Positions 1-18,126 of a stretch of 64,000 nucleotides of DNA are shown in pieces. The DNA lies in the NCBI RefSeq assembly GCF_021028975.2, contig NC_059436.1:36022001-36086000 (forward strand), read 5' to 3'. The position numbers and the translations under genes are program-made. The notes beneath the pieces were generated by a model, which was given only the letters and a program-made list of their open reading frames with translations, did not search any database and was not told the origin of the DNA. This DNA comes from Sphaerodactylus townsendi. Lineage: Eukaryota. Each line of letters opens with the position of its first letter. The first letter of the stretch is position 1.

Positions 1-132
1 TTTGTGCCAGATACAAAATCACTCAGAACTTTTACCTATTCAAACTAAATATTTTACATTTATTGTAGGAACATTTCTAGATAGGATAGAATAGGGTGTA
101 TAAAATTTCCTAATCTAGTCTGACTAGGGTGG

Positions 133-410
133 AGAGAGAAGAGTTTGGATTTATAGCCCACCTTTCTCTCTTGTAAGGAGACTCAAGGTGGCTTACAAGC
201 TCCTTTCCCTTCCTCTCCCCACAACAGACACTTTGTGAGGTGGGTGGAGAGTTCCAAAGAACTATAAATAGCCCAAGGTCACCCAGCAGGAATGTAGGAG
301 TGCGGAAACCCATAAGGTTCACCAGATAAGCCTCTGCCACTCAGGTGGAGGAGTGGGGAATCAAACCCAGTTCTCAAGATTAGAATCCACCTGCTCTTAG
401 CCACTACACC
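133..410 (-). mobile_element. tRNA-derived SINE (Squam3-like)
   Basis: Reverse strand carries A-box (GTGTAGTGG) and B-box (GGTTTGATTCC) and a CTT-rich tail. Multiple copies occur in the window. Confidence 0.8.
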
Positions 411-1139
411 TTGTTGGCTCAGATGGAGAAGTATGGATGTGTGCAAGTGGAGGTATGAGAAGAAGCAGGAAGGAAGGATGTTTCCCTGAGAGTGGCAGTC
501 TGCACATCAAATGAATAATGACAGAGCAGCAGATAAAGAATGCTCAGTGTCTTGACTTCTCTATCTGTCTGACTCTTACTAGTCAAGTTCCTCTCTGAAG
601 AGACAGAACAAAGTCCTTCACTTCCTATAAAACCAGCATGAGTAAATGCAATCAGTATCAACACAACATCAGCAGCACTGATAATCTGAACCATAAAAAA
701 CAGCAGCAGATCAATACACACAGAGAAATCTTAGGCTAGGAGATGAGAGGGATGGATGAGAGGGATGACCAGGATAATAAAGTGGTCCAGCAGGAGGCCA
801 AGCCAAGTCCCATATTGCTGCTACTGACCAAGCCTTAGCCAGATGGCCATACAGGGATATCAGCTTTATTGTGGCTTGGTTTGCAGCTAACTGCTAGTGG
901 CCTCTTGAGCAACAGCCTTCTTCACACCTTAAAGGGCCTGTCTCCCTTTGCTGATGAAGACTTTACCAATGACATGAAGTAATGTCGTTGTGTTGACGTT
1001 GTGTTGATACTGATTGCATTTATTCACAGTCGCAGTGCTATGCCAGTACAAACAGCATGGTTTTCAGACAACCTGTATGCCAGGTTTTCTAAAGGGGAAT
1101 AAGGTCTGCTTGAACCCACCATTATTGTCTCTTGCCTAG

Positions 1140-7750
<6,611 letters not shown>

Positions 7751-8637
7751 CCCTAAGAGACCAGCTACCATGGCGAACTATGGCATCATGAGAGAATGTG
7801 CAGTGTATGGATAGATGGGGTAGAAATCTGCATTGGGATGTGTGGCAATTTCATGAAACGAAAGCAGCAATGGATAAGAAGTCTTTCATGTTGAGTTTTG
7901 TGCTGCTGTTAACGTAATGCAGGGGCTCAACTGGTGGAGGTGGCTGGCCTTATAGTGGCCAGGTCCAGTCAGCAGAGACCTGAGGGCTCTTTTTGCTGAT
8001 TGAAGCACAGCAAAAACATACCTCATGGCAGAGCAGTGCCTTGTGATTCGTCCACAGTTCACACTGCTTCTACCTGGACAGTTCTTTAAAAATGCAATAG
8101 CAGGTGGATGGTATAGATTAGTTACTGCCCTGTTTCTCTCCACCCAAAATTATTTAAGTCGGTCAATCATAGTTATATTTCACTGTTTCAAGGAATGCAG
8201 GGTGCTCTACCAGGAATGAGATAATCCCATTTCAGCCCTCACAATAGCCCTGGTCATACCCAACAAGCTTCATGGTTCAACTGGGCACTTAACTTATTTT
8301 TGGAAATTAGAATGTCCAGTTATAAACAGACAGACATGAGTTCAAATTCCCATTCTGCATGAAGCTCATTGGACCCATCACTTCTTAACCTAATTTACCT
8401 CACAAAATGGAGGAGGGATAGCCACATATGCTACTTTCAACTCCTTAAGGGATAGGTATATGTGTGAGGGAGGAAATCTAACAAATTACATTAAACCTGA
8501 ATATCCCCAATCTATTATATCTTTGTTTTTTCCTTTCTTCAAGAACTTCAAGGCTGTATATGTGGGATTATACCACTTTATCTTTACACCAGTGAATGGG
8601 TTAATACAGGGAATACAGGGGAATCTGAATACCTGGC

Positions 8638-11074
8638 ACAGACAGAAATTCCCAAATACTCATACTAAGATCACAGTATAAAGCTTTAATTAGGCAGAAG
8701 AAAAAAGCATATTCTAGATGCCAATGGGAAGCACTGGCCCAAGCCGTGACCGAGAAAAACGAAGCCCATTTTTGGGCATTGGTCTCATCTGGGATGGGTT
8801 CATGCTGCACAGTTTTAAATGCACAGATACCTGGTGACATTTGGTTTAAGCATTTCTCCCAAATTTTCGATTCCTCCTTGATCCCTAAGTTACTCCCAGA
8901 CTTAACAAGAAAGGGTGCTTTTGATGACCTGCGCCTATCTCCAAATTGGCCTTCAGTAAGGGAGAAAGAAATAGAGAACTTGATCAGTTCTATTAAAACC
9001 GGGAAAGCTCCCGGTGAAGATCTGATTCCGAATGATGTGTTCAAAACATTTCCATCCTGGTGGGTACCAATTCTTGCCAAACTTTTCACCCAGATTAACA
9101 ATACTGGCAATTTCCCTAGTGGATGGAAAACCAGCATAATTGTCCCTATACATAAAAAAAGGAGACAAAAATGACCCAAAGAACTATCGCCCAATAAGCC
9201 TATTGAACACGGCCTCTAAAATATATGGCAAATATCTCCTTGGAAAATTAGAAGATTGGGAAATTGAAAATCACATAATACATCCACAACAGGCAGGATT
9301 TAGGAAGGGACAAGCTACAGTTGATCACTGCCTTGTATTATACCAACTAGCTCATTCAGCCATAAGAGGCCCAACGAAGCCTTATATACGGCATTTGTTG
9401 ATTTGGCCTCTGCTTTTGACTCAGTATGTAGAGAAAGACTCTGGTGGAAACTGCTGAACACAAATATGGATAAACGCTTACTTCTCCTTATTAGAGAGCT
9501 GCACGAGGACACATGGATCAAAAGTCAGAGTAAATACATCAGGCTCTCTAACAGATGGGTTTAGAGCAGGAAAGGAGTCAAGCAGGGCTGTTTACTTGCC
9601 CCCACCTTATTCAACCTTTTATATTAATGACATAATTCCCAAACTGACCGCCATGAATTTGTTGCCTCGCTAGGAAAACAGAAAATTTCAATTCTGCTAT
9701 ACGCAGATGATATGGTCCTAGTTTCACTTACAAGGAATGGTTTAAGGAGACTCCTATATGGTTTGGGTGAGTATTGCAGAGAGGAGGCCCTCTCCATAAA
9801 CTATTCCAAAACTAAGGTAATGGTGTTCAAGAAAAGACCAAGAAAATACAGTTGGAACATCCATAATATTCCTATAGAGCAATGCAATAATTTTAAATAT
9901 TTAGGAGTTACATTCAGTCCTTCACTAAATTGGAATGCCCATTTAGCAGTGGTCAAAGCAGCTGCTCAAAAAATCTGTTAGCAATAGTGAGATTTTATCA
10001 TACAAAAGGAGGTCATTTAGTTGATCCAGCCCTAAAAAATTTTAAAATTAAAGTTATACCTATGCTACTCTATGCTATAGAGATTTGGGGATGGAATGTA
10101 CAAGTCCTACATAAAATAGAAACTATTCAAAACTTCTTCCTTAAACGCATTCTGCTACTCCCCCAAGGAACGCCAGCTGCCCTCCTCAGGGCAGAACTCG
10201 GTTTGCCTTCTATTAAAGCTCGAGCTGAATTGGCAATCTTGAAATACGCTAAAAAGAGTTCACTAAAACCAACTTCGTTTGGGAATCAAAGTTTGCAGAT
10301 ACTACTTAAGGCCTCGAATTACATAATACCCCCTAAATAATATATTGCTCAGTTATTCTGTTCCAGATCATTTATTCTCTTCACCAATTTTAAATCACGA
10401 CCTTCGGGACTGGATATTCAAAGGGGATAACTGTATGGACAGAGATATAATTTTACATTCCAAGTTTGCTCCCTGGTATAGTCACCTTAATTGGTATCAT
10501 CACAGAGCCCCCTATCTTGCTGGCATTACTCAGTTTAAGATAAGGAACGCTATGACAGCATTGCGATTTCAAACAATGCCAACAAATTATTTAGAAGGCA
10601 GATATGCCAAAATACCAGCTGAACAACGAATTTGTATCTGCAAACAGGAAGTAGAGGATTTACCTCATTATGTTCTGAACTGCCCCTGTAAGAGCCTAGG
10701 GCTAAGTTTTTGAATAGTTTTATATCCCTGTCCCAGGTATATTATGACTCAGACAAATTATACCTTCTCCTTGCGGATTTGGATCCCTATATATCCTATA
10801 GGGTTGGCCTATTCGCCTTGGCAGCTACAAAGATTCGCTCCAACAATGTAATAAAGCAAATGATCAAACCTAAACTGGTTTAAGTTAGGTGGGAATACAA
10901 TTCAGACATATTGTAGGGGGGAAAGTGAAAGATTTAGTGTTCAATGATGGATTTTTAGTGAATTTTTTTTCTTTTTTTTCTTACCTGTTGGAATAACAAG
11001 TTGGCTCAGAAGTTGTAATGTAACAATATTGTAATACTGTAATGGCCTATGGCTTTCAATAAAATTGATGATGA
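8638..11074 (+). mobile_element. 5'-truncated non-LTR retrotransposon, probably RTE-X clade, with frameshifted RT
   Basis: RT pieces GKAPGED, NYRPISLL, QAGFRKG, GVKQGCLLAPTLF, LLYADDMVL and FKYLG, plus C-terminal RICICKQEVEDLPHYVLNCP. It ends in AATAAA plus a (TGA)n tail and has a 12-bp TSD TGAATACCTGGC at 8626-8637 and 11075-11086. Confidence 0.85.
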
Positions 11075-11231
11075 TGAATACCTGGCTGACAACAGGTGAA
11101 TAAAGAAGGAGTCTGTACACTTAAAAATTGGCAGTCTTAATCTTTGAAACTAGCAGATCCACTAGTCTTTTTTAACCAGCTTTATAGAGGCCAAGAATGC
11201 AAAATTAATAGATGCAGCATGCTGTATAAAA

Positions 11232-11397
11232 AAGTGGTTCTCAACCTTCCTAATGCCACGATCCTTTAATACAGTTCCTCATGTTGTGGTGACCCCCAAC
11301 CCTAACATTTATCCATTTTACAGATGTCTTAGGCGACCCCTGTGAAAGGGTTGTTCGACCCCCAAAGGGGTCGCGACCCACAGGTTGAGAACCGCTG
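11232..11397 (+). mobile_element. SPIN/URR1-like hAT MITE
   Basis: TIRs (c)AGTGGTTCTCAACCT...AGGTTGAGAACCGCTG, internal TTTAATACAGTTCCTCATGTTGTGGTGACCCCCAACC, and an 8-bp TSD GTATAAAA at 11224-11231 and 11398-11405. Confidence 0.88.
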
Positions 11398-12497
11398 GTA
11401 TAAAAGATGACACAGACCCTCAGCAAACCAGACAAATAAGTATTTCTGTGCAAATTTTACAGGGAGTGCCCCATCAAATAATTTTCAATACATTAATTTC
11501 CAAGTTTTTTAAAATTAACCCATCACCACACACAAGCTTCCCTTACAATAGACAGCATTCCAAAATTCTCTACACAATTAGCCACGTGGTAAGACTCAGG
11601 TGTCAAGATCAGATCTGCGGAATAGATTAGTTTCAGGTATTCAGGGCACCGCAGCAGCATCTACAGTTAGTGGGTAGGTCCATTCGGAGGTTCAGAGTTG
11701 TTCAGTTCTTGGTAAGAGAGTGGGGAGGGGGCATTTCTTGGGTCTTTCATTGGTAGGTAATGATGGTGCTTTCCCAGAGGTGGTAGAGCTGTCACACCTC
11801 TTCATTCCAGCTATGCAGACTCAAGAGTCAGATCACTTGTCTATTTAGCTGAATAACCCCCACTGTGACTGACAGCAGCTCTCCAAGGATGCCTCCGGCC
11901 CAGCAATTTGAGATCCTTTAACCTGGAGAAGTTGAGAGGTTAGAGCTCCTCCTTCCCTACTGCATTGTGTAAGTGCATAATACAGGACAGCCTGAGAATA
12001 GTAGCCCTTGATTTTTTATTTAAAAAAATAGTTTCTAGTCCACATAGTTGTAAAGTTCGGCTTGAAAGCCAGTTGACCATACCTGGTGGAACCTCACAAG
12101 CAACCAGTAGACTGAGCAGAACTTCCATGGTTTTAAAGGTGCCAGACCTGTGGTTTGTCGTCATTCCAGAATTCTGCAATACATGATACTTATTTTGGAC
12201 TAATTTTGTTTTAGAACCGAACACCCCCTCTTCTCTTGAATATTTAAAATGGATCCTTGACCGTGCACTTACCAAGAGCCATTACCTCTCCTTCCTATAC
12301 TGAAGGCTCAGTAGGAAACAACAAATTTACTCTAAAACGTAGAGACAGCTGATACAGGCCCAAGTTGCCAGTGTCTCCCAAGAAGGAAAATGCAGCTGGT
12401 CATTTACACCTGCCTGGTATACATTTGCGCGTGCACACACACAAAACCCTTCAAGCCAGGTACTGAAAATAAACGTTGAAGGAAACTCTGAACCAAT

Positions 12498-13085
12498 CTA
12501 GACACGGTGTGGCAACCCAAGAATCAGAGCTGCAGGCAGTATTACCAACACAAAGAGCAGGGCAGCAGCACAGAGAACAGTGGGGTAGTTTTCCAATAGA
12601 AGACGACCCACCTCCCGATATACAGATCTGCGGGGTTGAGTGCTAATGAAGTTCTGGGGTCGATTGTCTTGGGAGATGGCTTTGTACAAATCCACTGTCA
12701 CGAGCATCTGCACGCCCGGCTCGTTAGAGTCCCCTGGGAGCTTTTTCAGCCAGCACAGGTGAAATCCATCCATCCAGACCTCTTCAAGCTCTCGCATCCA
12801 TGGAGGGAACTGCTGGATGACTTCCATGTTAGCTGGGAAGCTGGGGACCCCTTTCTGGGGAAGAGGGATGCTCTCTCGGCAGAGGGGGCACTGAAAGGTC
12901 TGGTTTGGCTTCAGGAAGGCACATAGTCTGGCCAAACACTCGAAGCAGAAGGTGTGAGAACATGGCAAAAGCAAAGGGGTGTTGAACACGTTGTTGTAGG
13001 CAAGGTAGCAAATGGGACACTCGGGAGTAGATGCCTCCGTCTGCTCTTGCCCAGTTTGGTTTGCAGGAGTAGCAGAAACATCCAT
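12498..13085 (-). CDS. Intronless RING-HC E3 ubiquitin ligase with C-terminal transmembrane helix (RNF183/RNF223/RNF225 family paralogue), 195 aa
   Basis: Intact ORF with C3HC4 RING (CPIC...CSHTFCFEC...CPLC), family motif VWMDGFHLC and hydrophobic tail TVLCAAALLFVLVILPAALILGL. A minus-strand AATAAA lies at 12015-12020. Confidence 0.85.
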   Translation of the reverse strand: MDVSATPANQTGQEQTEASTPECPICYLAYNNVFNTPLLLPCSHTFCFECLARLCAFLKPNQTFQCPLCRESIPLPQKGVPSFPANMEVIQQFPPWMRELEEVWMDGFHLCWLKKLPGDSNEPGVQMLVTVDLYKAISQDNRPQNFISTQPRRSVYREVGRLLLENYPTVLCAAALLFVLVILPAALILGLPHRV

Positions 13086-13955
13086 CGCTTACCTCTTCCC
13101 CCTGTCCATTTCAGCAGCTGCTTAGTACCAATTGGGCTCAGAGCTATTTTCCAGACTTCCAGGGGATGAATGCTTCTCTCTATTTCAGCGCTGTTGCTGA
13201 AATGATAATCTGCTATATTCCTTCAATGGCCTTTTCTTCTCCTCTCACAAGAGGAGGTCTCACCAACCACAAATTCAGATGGCCAGCAAAACATCCCTCT
13301 CATCTGTCAACACATCTGCAGATTCTAGCAGTACTGGGAAGGTCTTATGAGGGTCTTCCCAGCTGCTTCGTATATCCAATATTCCACAGGAGCACAGACG
13401 TTCCAGATGCCAAGGTTACCTCTGACTGCTCTATGGATCTCTGAAGCTCTCCAGTCCAATTCTCAAGCCCAGATCCTGGGCCTCCAATCTGTTGGAGAGT
13501 CTTGGCAACAGATAGTTAGCTCCAAATGTTTCTTTCAGCTTGAGCCAATAAGTTCCTCTCCTAAGCAACCGGGACTTGTCCAAGCTAGCTTGTCCGGTCT
13601 GGCATGATGAGGCAGAGAGAGCAAGCAAACAAAGCAAGTCAGTTATGACCAGGGCCAGTTATTCCATAACAGAAAACTGCTGCCAATCCTGGGGAGTAGC
13701 TGTGGGTTTGCATGTTTGTTGCATTCACACTTTAAACGTGTCCCTAAAAATGTAACCAGGGAGACACACTAAGCATGTGCCCAAGGAAAACCAAGGTAAG
13801 ATGCAAAATCATCTGCCTTACATACATTTAAAAATATCCAGTTTCCAACATACTGTGAACACACTAGCAAGACAAAGCAACAAATCTCACAGTGATGCTG
13901 TATAGATTAATGGTTAGAGCTATGCTGCTAGAAGCAAGTCTGCATCAAAATGGTG

Positions 13956-14603
13956 TGACCACACTTGGAGTACTGTATTCAGTTCTCGTCGCCACATCTC
14001 AAAAAAGATATTGAAGATATAGAAAAAGTGCAGAGAAGGACAACGAGGATGATTGAGGGATTGGAGCAACTTCCTTATGAGGAGAGGCTGCAGCGTTTGG
14101 GACTCTTTAGTTTGGAGAGGAAACATCTGAGGGGGGATATGATTGAAGTCTATAAAATTATGCATGGGGTAGAAAATGTTGACAGAGAGAAATTTTTCTC
14201 TCTTTCTCACAATACTAGAACTAGGGGGCATACACTGAAAATGCTGGGGGGAAGAATTAGGACTAATAAAAGGAAACATTTCTTCATGCAACGTGTGATT
14301 GGTGTTTGGAATATGCTGCCACAGGAGGTGGTGATGGTCACTAACCTGGATAGCTTTAAAAAGGACTTGGACAGATTTATGGAGGAGAAGTCGATCTATG
14401 GCTACCAATCTTGATCCTCCTTGATCTGAGACTGCAAATGCCTTAGCAAACCAGGTGCTCAGGAGCAGCAGCAGCAGCAGCAGGCCATTGCTTTCACATC
14501 CTGCATGTGAGCTCCCAAAGGCACCTGGTGGGCCACTGCGAGTAGCAGAGTGCTGGACTAGATGGACTCTGGTCTGATCCAGCTGGCTTGTTCTTATGTT
14601 CTT
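13956..14603 (+). mobile_element. CR1 LINE 3' fragment
   Basis: ORF2 C-terminus EYCIQF...LEKVQRR-like...YEERLQRLGLFSLE...RGDMIEVYKI, a (TTCTTATG)n tail, and TSD AAAATGGTG at 13947-13955 and 14604-12 equivalent position 14604-14612. Confidence 0.9.
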
Positions 14604-15170
14604 AAAATGGTGGAGGCCACTAAAGGTAGGAAGAAGGCTTAGCTACTACTAAGTAAGCATTCTCAATCCCCAGCAGCAGCTCTGGCAGCAGCTCTCCAGG
14701 GTCCTAAGCAGAGAAGGGTCCTTCCCAAGAGATATGTCAGGGATCCACCCTGCATTTTCTATCCACAAGACAGGTGCTCTGTCAAAGCCTTTCCCTGCTA
14801 GCCTAACTTTGGCAGAGGAAGTACTCAATCTCTTCCAGTCTCTGTCAATAAAACTTGCTGGAATTTAACAAACACTGCAGCTGGTCATAAATCCTAGCAA
14901 AGTGTATATTCGACAGACAGTCCCCAAGGATACCAGATAAACATGAGCAATCAAAGACTTCTGCTCCTACTGCTACTCCAGGTTGAGCCAAGGTACAGGT
15001 TACAGCAAACACACAAGTGGCAGCGAGCGATAAGAATCCCTTCCTTGTGCAACAGACTATTTGGGGGCTTTCCCGCTTGGGTGCCTTTGCAGGAAATAAA
15101 TGTGGTACAGGTCAATCAAGGCCGTAAATTAGACAAGTTGTGCATTATGATGTCACTTTAATTCTTAAAA

Positions 15171-15463
15171 AGCCAGCATGGTGTAGGGGTTAAGGGCAGG
15201 TGGATTCTAATCTGGAGAACTGGGCTTGATTCCCCAGTCCGCCTGAGTGGCAGAGGCTTCTCTGGTGAACCAGATGTGTTTCTACACTCCTACATTCCTG
15301 CTGGGTGACCTTGGGCTAGTCACAGTTCTTCAGAACTCTCTCAGCCCCACTTGCGCACAAGGTGTCTGTTCTGGGGAGAGGAAGGGAAAGGAGCTTGTAA
15401 GCCACCTTAAGTCTCCTTGCAAGATAGAAAGGTGGGATATAAATCCAAATTATTCTTCTTCTT
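15171..15463 (+). mobile_element. tRNA-derived SINE (Squam3-like)
   Basis: agccagcatggtgtaggggttaag...ataaatccaaattattcttcttctt. Confidence 0.8.
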
Positions 15464-17313
15464 AAGTCTACTCAGAGAAGACCAATGGCCAGAATCTATG
15501 GGGTCTTGGTGGCAGGAACCTACAGAGGAGCCTCATGCCTGAGATTCCATGGAAGTCAGATGTGGGGGATGAGACAGAGAATTCGGCATTTAACAAATCT
15601 TAAACTTTCCTTTTTAAAAAAGTTCTAGCCCTTATGCGTATTTGTTTGGATTTCATTTTTTAAACACGGAGAATGCACACTGTTCCTCCAGGAATTAAAA
15701 AGCAGCCCTGCTTGTCTTCTTCCGCACACCACACAGAGGACAATCTCAGTGTACCTGAGAAAGGGTCACCGTGGCCTGGTCCCTTCAGCATCTCCATGGC
15801 AGCCTTGGCCCGCCCTGTTCTGCCTTCCTCTGCTCCTCCAGTGGCAGGTCTTTGCAGTAAACAACAGCTGCCTACTAACCTCAAAGAGCAGAGAACCAAG
15901 CCTCGCTCAAGGGACAAGGTCCCTTGGCAATGGAAAGGGGAGGGTGAATACCCTCAACTTCAACGCTGCCAGCTAAGAAAGCTTTGGCCCTGGCAAGGCT
16001 TCCTGTCCCCTTCCCAGCTGGAATCTGCTCTCCAGGTGAACTCTGTTCCTGCCAGCAGTTAAAACATCAAAACAAAGAGCAATCCAGAGCACAAAGGGGA
16101 AACACAATGGAGGAGCAGGCAGCAGTGTCTGCTACACAGCTCCTTTGAGTCTGCCAAGCTGCCACAGTTTTCTTGGGTATCCAGGCAGGCTGAAGCCGCA
16201 CAGACCACGTCCTGCTTTCATGGTAAGTTTTATGGGGCAAAAGCAGAATAGGGCAGTATGGGAGATGGGTGGCTTGAGACAATCACAAGTTGGCCATGTT
16301 GTCAGACCCACTCCAAACAAAAGGCATTTGGCTGGGGCCAAACACTCGTTCTGCCGACGCTTATTAATGCAGGACTGTCAATGGACATGAGAAAACTGAG
16401 AAGCAAAAGGTCAAGCCTCTGTCTCTGAAGATAGACTAAACATTCCAGAGGGGCAGGGATGATAGTCTGGTATAGTAAAGAATCCTGAAGACTACTATCT
16501 TTGTATTGTAGAAGGCTTTCACGGCCGGATTCAACTGGTTCTGGTGGTTTTTCCAGGCTGTTGTTGGGAGTGGAAGGAAAAGGAGCTTCAAGATCCACCA
16601 AACCACAGTCACACAGCCTGGAAAACCCACTAGAACTACTACCTTTGTTAGGAAAGGAACTGTTGGGAACATCAACCCACTTCAACATATACATGAAGTG
16701 TGTCCCCACACAAGCACCGAAGGGGGAGAAATTCTTACCAGTTTGTCATTTAACCAGCTTTTGACTGATCTGTTTTTGTCTTGCCACGGGTTTGTGTGAA
16801 TCAGCCAACTGACAACACGTTTCATATATCTGTTGAAGGGACTCTATTGCAGCCATGATCTAAGTTGCACAGGCTCAGTAGCAGTGAGGTTTTTTTTAAG
16901 TACTTCTGTATTTTCTGAGGGTCTGAAAACCGGTTCCACAACTGAACTCAAAAGAATCCCTGAGTCCAGTTCTCCTCTCATGAAACAACGAGAAAAGTCA
17001 GTTCCAGCCATTTCTGCAGGCAAGATGCATAGCTTAGCTGTTACCATTCACTGAATTTTACACAATACCTGAGTTGCCTCACCAGCTGCCTCTATCATTT
17101 GTGCTTGGTTTAACTGCAGCTGGCATTCTGAAATTGATGAAGGCTATTTTTTAGAAATATATCGTTTTAAAAATCCATCTAGTTGATGTGCTTATTTTTC
17201 TGGTATTCAACATCAGACAACGTAGAGTGGCTACCAGATGGTCTTTAAAGAGTGGATTGCACACACTTATAAAGAACCATTCTCAGCCAGAAAATTTAGC
17301 ATGAATACAGTAA

Positions 17314-17391
17314 AAATCCTAAGGAGAGTTACTCCAGTCTAAGCCCATTAATTTCAATTGATTTAGATTGGAGTAACTCTGCATAGGATTG
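17314..17391. repeat. Small palindromic element (MITE-like)
   Basis: aatcctaaggagagttactccagtctaa...ttagattggagtaactctgcataggatt. Confidence 0.65.
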
Positions 17392-17661
17392 TGCCGATAA
17401 AAGTGCAGCCCTGGGTAAATATGCACAATCTCTGGTTGCATTTTTGCTTACTGTTGATTTTCATTTACTGTTTTGAATATTTTATTCTGGTTTTGCTGGA
17501 TACAGGAAGGAGCAAGGCATTGTGGAGAGCACTGAACTGCTGCCTCCCATCCTTTCTGAGGTTTCTGTGGGCATTAGCTGCATACTTTCAAGCACAGCTA
17601 TGTAGACTATAAACTTCTTAAACCTTTAAAATGGCTGGATACTGGCGTTAAGAGACCATTT

Positions 17662-17955
17662 AGAAGAAGAGTTGGATTTATATCCCCCCTTTCTCTCCAA
17701 CAGGAGACTCAAAAGGGGTTTACAAACTCCTTTCCCTTCCCCCCTCACAGCAGACACCCTGTGAGGTGGGTGGGGCTGAGAGAGCTCAGAAGAACTGTGA
17801 CTAGCCCAAGGTCACCCAGCTGCCGTGTGTTGGAGTGTACAGGCTAATCTGAATTCCCCAGATAAGCCTCCACAGCTCAGGCGGCAGAGCGGGGAATCAA
17901 ACCTGGTTCCTCCAGATTAGAGTACACCTGCTCTTGACCACTACGCCACTGCTGC
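17662..17955 (-). mobile_element. tRNA-derived SINE (Squam3-like)
   Basis: Full-length copy, near-identical to 23860-24160. Confidence 0.85.
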
Positions 17956-18126
17956 ATAGAACATTTACCATGTTCTATGCTCTTTTATAACCATATATTA
18001 AAGTCCTGCGTATGAAGATTGGTGTTTTTATGTGAACAGTTCACCAAAAACTTCTTTGTCTTTCCCAGGCAGTATTCTAAATGTACCAAGTCTGCAGCCC
18101 AGGCTGGGCTCCTGTTCATCTACAGC

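Noticed and set aside
8601-9194. 197-aa minus-strand ORF
   Set aside because: It is the antisense shadow of the LINE RT frame.
18019-18126. N-terminal extension of the RNF183 ORF in the ORF track (230 aa)
   Set aside because: It begins at a TTG and crosses the splice acceptor at 18068. Homology starts at the ATG at 18127.
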